64,000 nucleotides of DNA from Vicinamibacteria bacterium. GTDB taxonomy: Bacteria > Acidobacteriota > Vicinamibacteria > Marinacidobacterales > Marinacidobacteraceae. Below are positions 40,254-48,715 of this stretch, piece after piece (position 1 is the stretch's first letter; every line of letters starts with the position of its first letter). Under the pieces are notes generated by a model. The model saw nothing but the letters and a program-made list of their open reading frames with translations, made no database searches and was not told where the DNA came from. The stretch spans positions 2,976,001 through 3,040,000 of the forward strand of contig OY821641.1 of assembly GCA_963555995.3 (NCBI GenBank), given 5' to 3'. The translations under genes were made by a program, and so were the position numbers.

Positions 40254-43199
40254 TTAACTCCTCGGCTGGAACGCAGCGGAATAGCAGGTTGTCTCCGTAC
40301 CGCGCGCGCTGACGATCACTGCATGCTCCGTTGGCTCTCGCTGGCCCAACTGCACGCTTACTTCCGGAAGCGGCGCTTCGCCAACTGCGATGATCTCGTC
40401 CCCGTGCAACAGTGCTATGGGCCCGATCGAAGCTCCCGCCCCCATCTCACTTCCACACCGACTCACCGGGCGCACGGAAACGAGGCCAGGGTGCACCACG
40501 TTCGTGTCTTCGGACCCAATCGTCCAAGCGTGAGCCTCTCCGCCAGCCAGGCAACGACAGCGCTCCTGCTCGTTCTGCAGGCGTCCGGCTGGAGTGACCC
40601 AATATGCTGCCACCTGCGCGAACGTGTCGCCCAGGATGTCCCCCCCTCCCCCAAGAGAGACGAGGTACTCACCAATCTGGGTGCCCACTGAAAGTCTCGC
40701 AATCATCCACGACCGGTACTCTCCGCTTCCTTCGACCTCCGGTGGGACTCGGCTCACTTGCTCCACGAAGAACTCTCCGCCAATGCGTTGGCTATCAGGG
40801 CCGGTCAAGCTCAGGATGAGCCGCTCGCGCGATCGAGCCGTCACCATGAGCGTGCCCTTCGCCATCCGGGAGGGCCGTTGTCCGGGCCTCCCGAAAGTCT
40901 CGTCGTCATCTCGGAGGATTCGCAGCGTGTGGCCATCCTGAATCATCCGCTCCATAGCGTCACCGGGGACTAGCTCCTCCGCCACCGTGTCCAGACGGAT
41001 CATGTACGGGATGTCGCCACTACGATCTGTCAAGTTGTGCTCTTGGGAGACCCTAACGATGTGGGTGGAATCGCGTTCAAGCCGTCGTTTCAGGAAATAC
41101 GCCCCGTCACCACTGTAGATCAGGTTCGCCAGGTGTGGCGGTTGTCCGCTTGAGAACACGAAGATCGATGGCACGAAACCGTCCACTTCCGAGATGAGGG
41201 TCATTCCTATCTCGCTATCCTGTGCACTTTTGAATTCCCAGAGCTGGCCTTCGATCGGAAGCTGGTTCGCCCTGTCGACCCCGCGGTCGAGAGACAAGGC
41301 GTTCGTGGACCTCAAATGGATGCCGTAGTTGCAGTCAGCACCAGCCTCTTGGCACTCCGGGTCCGCCCCGTTGAGACAGACGTCGTGATCGTTAGCAGTT
41401 ACCTGCACGAGGTGTTCTCCAATCCAATCCGACGGCCACACGAGTTCCACCGATCTCTCACCCGACGGACCGACGGCTGCGGCAAGCACATTGCCATCCG
41501 GTGACATCAATCGAATGCACGGAGTGAACTGACTCGCCGAAGCGACCAGCACTACGCCCACAGACAGGTGGTCGCTCTCGGACGCGTCGATGCTCCAGTA
41601 CTTCTTCTGCGCTAGCGAAGCCCTATGCAGGGTATTCGGGCGGAGAACCTCGGGGCGTCCTATTTCAGCCTCGATCCCATACGATCCCGGGGTCCCGGCG
41701 GTGATAAGAATCAGGGGCGCCCGGGTTTCCGTTTCATTGCCCTCCTGCTGCTGGCGGAGGTATGCGGCTTGGGTCAACGCGGGAGCGCCCGGATATGACG
41801 GCAGGTCATCGCCGTCCGGCGTATAGAGAGTGACTTGTGGATTGAAGCCCTCTCCTTCTGGAGTTATGTCGACATTGATGACCGGGCTGAGGGCGAGCTG
41901 GTCTTGATCGACCGGATTCAACTCCCATGCGTGCACCGTCTGCTGGTCATACTGGACGTTTCTCCTAGTCGTGAATTTCCCGGACGCAGAATCGAGATCC
42001 AAAGATGCCTGACGCAGTGCCTCGGCCGTGATGGCGGTGTCGCCGCTGCCACCACCTCGCGCTTGAACGACTGCCAAATACGTGGCGTCCGACGGAAGCG
42101 GCCGAGCGACCCTGGCCGCTGTTGAGTGGGTATCGCCACCGATGTCGTCGTCACTTGCCAGCCATGCACTGCTCGCAGCCGGACCTAGGCGGAAGAGCCC
42201 CAAGAAGGGGTCGAAGTCGTCCGACGCGGCAGTGACGCTCACTACGTCTGACTCTTGGCCGGCAAATGTCCAGGCGACCAGAGGTATGCGAGAGTCGCCA
42301 TGCCACCAAGGCGGTTCCAGATGCGGGACTTCCTCCAAAGCGGCGTGGGAAGGAATGCCGTGGGTCAAGGTTTGAACATCGAAGACATAAGCCGTGAGTT
42401 CATAAGCACCAGCCGACGCACTGAAGTCCTTCCCCGAGACATGGATGGCATAGGAGCCGGGTGTGAGCGCGGGCAGCACCATCCACGGATTCTTGCCCGG
42501 TCCGGCATCGGCGTCCTGAGCCAATGCACTCTCTCCCGACGTCAGGACCAAGTCTGGGTCGAAATCATCAGAATGCGCGGCCAGACTGATGAACTGGCCC
42601 TCCCGCATCTCGTCTTCCCCCACGTCCAGGACCCAGTTGGCCGTCCCTGATTCTTCCGGAGTGCAGTCGCTTTCCGAGGAATCGCAAGACTCGAGAACTC
42701 CCAGAACGGGGGCATTGAGTTGAAGGGCGAGGCTCCCAAGTGGCCGCATTCTTAGCGCTGTCCGTTCCACGACCGGTTTGCCCTCACAGTCGGTTGGATG
42801 CCAAGCCAGCCGATATGTATCGTCCCGCGGAAGCCAATGCACGAGTCGGTGGTGCAGTCCGGGTTTGGTTATCGCGTGTCTCTCTTCGTCATCAAAGGAA
42901 AGCTGGCATTCCTCCCGATCAGTGGCCGCACTGATGATCACTGCATCCCCCGCTCGCCCCTCGAAAGTGAAGAGCCCTGACTGCTCTTCGGTGACCGCCT
43001 CACCGCGAGAGACCCAGCCAGAAACCAGTTCCCACGTACCGTGCAGGTCGGTCAGAGTGATCAGGACCGGAATGGGGACCAAGTAAGGGGCAAACCGGCG
43101 CAGGCCGCGTCCACCCTTTGTCAGCTTGCCGGCGAAGCGTTTCCAACTGATCATCGAGAAGCGCCTCGAGGAGCCGCCTTCCTTACTGGAACTGACCAT
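40254..43199 (-). CDS. Large membrane-anchored protein with repeated PPC-like beta-sandwich domains
   Basis: N-terminal hydrophobic segment; repeated S.DFDP.L.L...DDD.G...LP..G.Y patterns. Visibly lower GC than the flanks. Confidence 0.65.
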   Translation of the reverse strand: MVSSSKEGGSSRRFSMISWKRFAGKLTKGGRGLRRFAPYLVPIPVLITLTDLHGTWELVSGWVSRGEAVTEEQSGLFTFEGRAGDAVIISAATDREECQLSFDDEERHAITKPGLHHRLVHWLPRDDTYRLAWHPTDCEGKPVVERTALRMRPLGSLALQLNAPVLGVLESCDSSESDCTPEESGTANWVLDVGEDEMREGQFISLAAHSDDFDPDLVLTSGESALAQDADAGPGKNPWMVLPALTPGSYAIHVSGKDFSASAGAYELTAYVFDVQTLTHGIPSHAALEEVPHLEPPWWHGDSRIPLVAWTFAGQESDVVSVTAASDDFDPFLGLFRLGPAASSAWLASDDDIGGDTHSTAARVARPLPSDATYLAVVQARGGGSGDTAITAEALRQASLDLDSASGKFTTRRNVQYDQQTVHAWELNPVDQDQLALSPVINVDITPEGEGFNPQVTLYTPDGDDLPSYPGAPALTQAAYLRQQQEGNETETRAPLILITAGTPGSYGIEAEIGRPEVLRPNTLHRASLAQKKYWSIDASESDHLSVGVVLVASASQFTPCIRLMSPDGNVLAAAVGPSGERSVELVWPSDWIGEHLVQVTANDHDVCLNGADPECQEAGADCNYGIHLRSTNALSLDRGVDRANQLPIEGQLWEFKSAQDSEIGMTLISEVDGFVPSIFVFSSGQPPHLANLIYSGDGAYFLKRRLERDSTHIVRVSQEHNLTDRSGDIPYMIRLDTVAEELVPGDAMERMIQDGHTLRILRDDDETFGRPGQRPSRMAKGTLMVTARSRERLILSLTGPDSQRIGGEFFVEQVSRVPPEVEGSGEYRSWMIARLSVGTQIGEYLVSLGGGGDILGDTFAQVAAYWVTPAGRLQNEQERCRCLAGGEAHAWTIGSEDTNVVHPGLVSVRPVSRCGSEMGAGASIGPIALLHGDEIIAVGEAPLPEVSVQLGQREPTEHAVIVSARGTETTCYSAAFQPRS

Positions 43200-43559
43200 C
43201 GCGTGCCCGCTCGTCGCAGATTCTTGATAGGACGGCCTGTAGTGGACTCATCTGAAATCTGTTGCCGTCGGATTCGGCCTAGTACAGGAGAGGAAACCGA
43301 AACAGAAAGTGAAGTTTCTGGGCACCTTTCCGGTCCCAGAGGTCGCATGAGCCAGAGCGGCAACCCGTACGGTTCGTAGCATGTTACCCCCTCGCTCGGA
43401 GCACAACATCACATTGCAGGCGTCGCTGAATCCGTCGGACGGTCCAGTTCTTCCAGCTCGACCAGAGCCACCGGCATGAGTTAGCCGGAAGTTTCGGGCC
43501 TGTTTTGGTAAGGCCCGTATTTTGATAGACATGCTGGATTCTTCGCTGTCGGTTAGTGG

Positions 43560-44540
43560 CTACAAGCTGTCCAACCAGCCGACTGTGGTCCCCGTCTCCT
43601 CGGGTGGCAGGTCGCTGCCGCAATTTGCGCATCCGCCCCTCCTGTTCCAATGCCTCCCCGTCGCCGTCGCGCCGCAACTCTGGCACTTCACTATGTGCCT
43701 GCCAGAACTCCCCGAGGTGAAGCTGTCCAACCAGCCGACTGTGGTCCCCGTCTCCTCGGGTGGCAGGTCGCTGCCGCAATTTGCGCATCCGCCCCTCCTG
43801 TTCCAATGCCTCCCCGTCGCCGTCGCGCCGCAACTCTGACACTTCACTATGTGCCTGCCGGAACTCCCCGAGGTGAAGCTGTCCAACCAGCCGACTGTGG
43901 TCCCCGTCGCCTCGGGTAGCAGGTCGCTGCCGCAATTTGCGCATCCGCCCCTCCTGTTCCAATGCCTCGACGTCGCCGTCGCGCCGCAACTCTGGCACTT
44001 CATTATGTGCCTGCCGGCACCGCGCCAGAGGTAGATCAAACGAGGGAGCACTACGAAACCCACCACGAAGAACAGGAAGAATTCTCCGCTACTAGAGCTG
44101 AAAACACCGCCATACTCAGCGATGGCCATGATCAACCAGGAGTTGACCCAGAACAACACCCAAGCGACCCACAGATGACTCACGATGATGTGCCGGTTGG
44201 CACGCTCCGACGAAAGATACCGAACATAGTACCAACGAGAAAAGACTGTAAATCCCCCCGCGACGAGCAGGGCATCCACCCAAATTGCCAAGCTGAAAAG
44301 ACCGCGCTCGATGACGCTCAACAGGCAAAAGCTGATGACGAACCCGACCCACAGGACCCACAGCTTGCTCTTGAAGCCGAGCTTCGAGAACTTGGACCAA
44401 GCCTCGGACCCGTCGGCCTTGATCTCCGCCGAGGTCTCCCCTGCGTGTTTGGCGATCTTGGACCTCACCTCGGCCCAGCGCTGCGACGACGCCGTCGGAT
44501 TTCGCCTCTTGGCTTTACGAGGAACTTCCGATTCATTCAT
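43560..44540 (-). CDS. Four-TM membrane protein with three tandem C-terminal Zn-ribbon repeats
   Basis: Hydrophobic core followed by 3x CQSC-x14-CANC. Paralog at 56369-56905. Confidence 0.75.
   Translation of the reverse strand: MNESEVPRKAKRRNPTASSQRWAEVRSKIAKHAGETSAEIKADGSEAWSKFSKLGFKSKLWVLWVGFVISFCLLSVIERGLFSLAIWVDALLVAGGFTVFSRWYYVRYLSSERANRHIIVSHLWVAWVLFWVNSWLIMAIAEYGGVFSSSSGEFFLFFVVGFVVLPRLIYLWRGAGRHIMKCQSCGATATSRHWNRRGGCANCGSDLLPEATGTTVGWLDSFTSGSSGRHIVKCQSCGATATGRHWNRRGGCANCGSDLPPEETGTTVGWLDSFTSGSSGRHIVKCQSCGATATGRHWNRRGGCANCGSDLPPEETGTTVGWLDSL
43564..44017. repeat. 156-bp near-perfect tandem repeat, about 2.9 copies
   Basis: AAGCTGTCCAACCAGCC recurs at 43564, 43720 and 43876. Confidence 0.95.
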
Positions 44541-44763
44541 TGTGTGCTTCCTTCAATCGCAAGCAAGGTAAATGACAGGACGGTACCGCCGCATTTCCGG
44601 CGCCGGCCCGAAGCATTCCGCCCGAGGTCGGCGTCAGCGCGCTCGTGTACCGCCTGTACCGTCCTTCCGAATGTGGGGCGGCCCTCCAGCCGGCGGTGGA
44701 ACCCGCGCGACCGCGGAAACGCCCGCCGGGAGAACCGGGTCGCGTGTGACCTGCCACAGCCAG

Positions 44764-46770
44764 TCAGAACCCGCGGGCCTTTTGCAGCAGCGCGACGAGC
44801 ACCGTCAACGACGCGTCGCAGCGCCGGCAGTAGAGCTCGGTCAACAACCCCGATTCGTCCGCCGACCGCTGCACCGTGTCCGGATGGATGAAATCGAAGT
44901 TGCGCTCCCGCTCCCGATTGCCTTCGAGGACCGCGATCTTCATTGCGATCCGATCATCCCGGAGGCGGACTTCCCTGATCCGGTCCGGGGTAGTGACGAA
45001 GCTGTGGTCGAGTCCCTGCGCAGACCGGTAGGTGACCACGCTTCGGCTCACGGCGATCACGCCCTCACAGAAACCGGCTCGAAGCCCCAAACCGCCATGC
45101 CGGTGCTTCGCGGGCAGCTCGACCGCCTGGCCGAGCTCGATGGCCCGTCCCAGGAAATTTGCGCTGTCGTCGAGTCTTCCCAGCTCGTGCACCGACTTTC
45201 CGAGCAGGAGATACGCCTCGCCGGAATCGCCATATTCGGTCACGACCACGCCGGCGGCGCGGGCCGCGTCCCGATACTGCCGCACGTCGAAGAGACCTTG
45301 CGCCTCCCGCAGGGCCACCTCCACGGGAACGCGTTCCAGCGCGAGTTCCAGCGTCGCCGGTTCTCCGGCACGGACTTCGACGGCGTCCTCGACGGACAGG
45401 AACCCCGGCTTGCTCGCCGCCACCCGTCGCAATCCGGCGGGGACCTCCAGTCCGGTCACCGGCAGGCGGTATTCGCCGACGCCCTCGATCCGCACCGTCA
45501 CGTCCGGGACGTTGGCGGTGACCGTGAGCGCCCCGCGCAACGCGACCAGCGACAGTTCCACCACTTCCGACTGGCCCGCGACCACGCTCACGGTGGCCTG
45601 AGCGTCGGCGTAGCCCTCCTTCCGCGCCACCAGCAGGTGCCGGCCGGCCTGGATCCCCGGCAGGCCGAGGATGCCGGAGTCGTCCGTAGTTCCGGCGTCC
45701 ACGCCGTCCAGTTGCACGGCGCTCCCCGGCAGCGCCCGAATCGTCAAGCTGCCCTCACGGGCCGACGCCGGCGCCGGCTTGCGGGCAGGCGGATTCGATA
45801 CGGCGGGCGCCGTGGCCAGTGGGGCGGGTTCGGGAGCGGTCGGTCCGCGCACCGTCTGGGTCGGCGCGGGAGGGGCAGGATCAGGCGCGGGAGGGGCAGG
45901 ATCAGGCGCGGGAGGGGCAGGATCAGGCGCGGGAGGGGCAGGATCAGGCGCTGGAGCGTCGGGAGCAGGAGCCGCGGCGGAATCGGGAGCCACCGAGACG
46001 CTCAGTGCATAGTCGCCGGTTGCGGTCCCCTCAAAGCCATCTACGGCAAGGAAGTAGGTGCCGGCGGACACTCGCTGCGAAATCCTGAAGTTGCCGCCCG
46101 AACCGCCGTCATTGTCTGTGGCTTCCACTCCGTTCCCGCGAAGTACACCCACGGTGTCCGTACTTCCGGAGGTCTCGAGCGTCACGGTGGACATGTCGGG
46201 AACCTCGACGATGAAACAGTCCCGCTCGTTCGGCCGATCCAGTCGACCGGCTGTGGAGGAACCGGCCTGCACGAGGGTCTCGCTTCCCTGCCCGCACGGG
46301 TGATCGTTGGCCATCTGCGGGCCCAAAGCCTGGTCGCCGGAAAAACAGCTCCGCACGATCCAGACCCCGAGCAACACCGTCGCCGCGAGGGCGCTCCTGC
46401 CGCGCCACCTGCGAGGCCGCGTACCGCCGGCGTCCGGCGCCCACCGCTCGCGCTCTTCACGAGCCCGCCGCTCCTCCTCCGCCCTGGCCGCGCCACGTTC
46501 TTCCTGACGGCACTTCTCGATCAGCGCATCGAACTTGCTGCGGCTCTCCTCCGTGCGGAAGTACTTCCTGAGCTTGCCGGCAAGGGTCTTCCGGTCGTCA
46601 GCCCGAGCCTTCCTGCTCTTCTTGTAAACATCGCCGCACCGGTTCCAGAGGTCGTCCTTCGGGCAACCCCTCGTGGCGCCGAGAAACGAATAGTGATCCT
46701 CCTCGCCGAGAGCACGAAGTTCCCGGTAGATCCGCTCCACCTGGAGTCTCGTGTTCTCACCGCCGGACAT
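44764..46770 (-). CDS. HPD-less J-like domain, TM, PPC, Pro linker, two PEGA, TPR-like protein (left copy)
   Basis: N-terminal DHYSFLG...FRTEESRSKFD; PPC-like DT.GVL...DNDGG..NFRI; C-terminal third near-identical to the kinase C-terminus. Confidence 0.75.
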   Translation of the reverse strand: MSGGENTRLQVERIYRELRALGEEDHYSFLGATRGCPKDDLWNRCGDVYKKSRKARADDRKTLAGKLRKYFRTEESRSKFDALIEKCRQEERGAARAEEERRAREERERWAPDAGGTRPRRWRGRSALAATVLLGVWIVRSCFSGDQALGPQMANDHPCGQGSETLVQAGSSTAGRLDRPNERDCFIVEVPDMSTVTLETSGSTDTVGVLRGNGVEATDNDGGSGGNFRISQRVSAGTYFLAVDGFEGTATGDYALSVSVAPDSAAAPAPDAPAPDPAPPAPDPAPPAPDPAPPAPDPAPPAPTQTVRGPTAPEPAPLATAPAVSNPPARKPAPASAREGSLTIRALPGSAVQLDGVDAGTTDDSGILGLPGIQAGRHLLVARKEGYADAQATVSVVAGQSEVVELSLVALRGALTVTANVPDVTVRIEGVGEYRLPVTGLEVPAGLRRVAASKPGFLSVEDAVEVRAGEPATLELALERVPVEVALREAQGLFDVRQYRDAARAAGVVVTEYGDSGEAYLLLGKSVHELGRLDDSANFLGRAIELGQAVELPAKHRHGGLGLRAGFCEGVIAVSRSVVTYRSAQGLDHSFVTTPDRIREVRLRDDRIAMKIAVLEGNRERERNFDFIHPDTVQRSADESGLLTELYCRRCDASLTVLVALLQKARGF
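45863..45946. repeat. 21-bp VNTR, four copies (encodes APDPAPP)
   Basis: GGCGCGGGAGGGGCAGGATCA repeated four times exactly. Confidence 0.95.
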
Positions 46771-46805
46771 GGCTTCCTCAGATTTGCGGGAACTTCCTTC
46801 CCCCG

Positions 46806-46932
46806 TCAGCCGCGGCTGGTTCACGGCATGGCTCGGTCAGATCGTCCAACTCGTTTCGGCCTTCTTCGGTGACGAGGCGCTGCCGGCTCGTCCCCGCAAA
46901 GTTCATCCGGGCGTCGTCCTTCTGCTTCATCC
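46806..46932 (-). pseudogene. 3' remnant of the vWA/J-like gene
   Basis: MKQKDDARMNFAG..RQRLVTE matches the end of the ORF ending at 54174 in inverted orientation, with a 1-bp indel. Confidence 0.8.
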
Positions 46933-46987
46933 TCTCCAGTTCGCTTCCAGATCGCTGTCGTGTCACCAGGGGTTCGCGCCGACCGGC

Positions 46988-48622
46988 TCAGGACGTCACC
47001 TTGATCGTGACGTTCCTCCTCCTCTTCCGCTCCATGTCCTCGGCTGTCAGGAGCGCGTCGCTCCTCAGGACCGCGGTGGCGGTCTGATGGGTCGTGAGGT
47101 CCTCGCCGTACACCGTCAGCAGCCCGTCCTCACTCAGGGTGAACCGGACCACGATCTGGGAGCCCCTTGGCAACGGTCTGGTGAAGGCGACGTGAGTGGT
47201 TCCGATCACCCAGGACGGATCGAAATCGAACGGCTCGTCGCGCGTCCGCTCGAGGTTCTCGATGCAGGCCACACTCACGCCCGTTTGCCCGTCCTTCACC
47301 GTGCGATTCCTCATCTCGCGCTCCGCCGGAACCGGTTCATCCATCAGGATGAGGTTCAGGCACCGCTTCCTCCCAACATCCTCATAGTAGAGATCGGTGC
47401 CGTAACTCTTGGAGGTGACGTTGCGGATCGTCTTCCGACTGAGGTCCCGGACCGTCGGCAGCGAAAGGCCAAGGTCCGCGGCCACGGTCCTTTCGGCCTG
47501 CTCACGGGGAAAACCTCGCTCAATCAAGGCCTCGATCGAGTCGCCCATCTCGCACTTCAGCCCCATCAGCGCCGCCCCCTTGGCGACGACTTCATCGGGA
47601 TCGAAGGAGAGCGCCCGGAACTCGGGGAACCGCCGCTCCAGCGCCTCCCGCACCTGCGGCATGTGCGTCGAGCCGCCGACCAGGAGCATCTTGTCAATCT
47701 GCTGATGACCCTTTTCGCGAGCGATCTTCAGCAATTCCTCGGTGAGCATGAGGGTGTTCTCCAGCAGGCCGTAGGTCAGGTCCCGGAACGCCTCGCGGGT
47801 GACTTCGACCGTTTCGCGGGTCCCCTCGTGGTAGAGAACGGTACGGACCTTCTCCCTGCTGCTCAGGCCGATCTTCACCCCTTCGGCCGCCTCCATCAGG
47901 TACTCCCAGGTCTCCTTGTCATCCTTCACTGCCTGCTTCGACACCCTCGCGACCGTGGCCAACCGTTCCGCGAAGGACTCGGCGAGGGCCTCGTCCCAGT
48001 TCCTGCCGCCCAGTTTGTGATCTCCACCGGTGCACACGACCGCGATGGAGCCCGCCTTGATGTCGAGCACGGTGATGTCGAAGGTGCCGCCGCCGAGGTC
48101 ATAGACCAGGATCGTCTCGTCGCCGCCCGTCTCCAGCAGTCCATACGCCACCGCCGCCGCCGTCGGTTCGGGAACGACGTAGCGGACGATGAGCCCCGCC
48201 AACTCTCCCGCCTGCTTCGTTGCCTCCTTCTGCGCCACGCCGAAGTACGCCGGACAGGTGATGACCGCCTCGGTGATTGCCTCGCCGGTGATGGTTTCGG
48301 CGTCCCGCACCAACCGCTGGAGGATGTGCGCGGAAACGTCGGTGGGCGTGACCTCCCGCCCCTGCATGATCCTCTTCCACTCGGGATCCCCCATGTGGCG
48401 CTTCACCGCGGAGACGACGAGTTCGGGGCTGAGCGGAGCCTCGGCCCTGGCCGACTTGCCGACGGCCACGTTGTCCTCCGACTCGAAATAGACGACCGAG
48501 GGCGTGGTCCGGTCGTTTTCGGAATTCGGGATCACGACCGGCCGGCCGTTCTCCTCCACCCGCGCGATGCACGAGAAAGTCGTCCCGAGGTCAATCCCGA
48601 AGACCCGTCGCGCCCCACTCAT
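46988..48622 (-). CDS. Atypical Hsp70 family protein B (no alpha-helical lid)
   Basis: [34 protein letters not shown]; 544 aa. Confidence 0.93.
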   Translation of the reverse strand: MSGARRVFGIDLGTTFSCIARVEENGRPVVIPNSENDRTTPSVVYFESEDNVAVGKSARAEAPLSPELVVSAVKRHMGDPEWKRIMQGREVTPTDVSAHILQRLVRDAETITGEAITEAVITCPAYFGVAQKEATKQAGELAGLIVRYVVPEPTAAAVAYGLLETGGDETILVYDLGGGTFDITVLDIKAGSIAVVCTGGDHKLGGRNWDEALAESFAERLATVARVSKQAVKDDKETWEYLMEAAEGVKIGLSSREKVRTVLYHEGTRETVEVTREAFRDLTYGLLENTLMLTEELLKIAREKGHQQIDKMLLVGGSTHMPQVREALERRFPEFRALSFDPDEVVAKGAALMGLKCEMGDSIEALIERGFPREQAERTVAADLGLSLPTVRDLSRKTIRNVTSKSYGTDLYYEDVGRKRCLNLILMDEPVPAEREMRNRTVKDGQTGVSVACIENLERTRDEPFDFDPSWVIGTTHVAFTRPLPRGSQIVVRFTLSEDGLLTVYGEDLTTHQTATAVLRSDALLTAEDMERKRRRNVTIKVTS

Positions 48623-48715
48623 TCGTTGCTACCGGGCGCCTCGGCGCCGGATCTTGTCCCATCGGCGTCCGACAACCACCGGGCGAAAACTCGCTCCCAG
48701 TCAGCGCCGAACTGC

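Noticed and set aside
38878-40257. 179-bp repeats as integron attC sites or CRISPR repeats
   Set aside because: They have TIRs plus 4-bp YTAR flanks, lack RYYYAAC/GTTRRRY cores consistently, and no integrase is present.
43564-44017. Possible CRISPR array
   Set aside because: Contiguous 156-bp in-frame coding repeats with no unique spacers and no cas genes.
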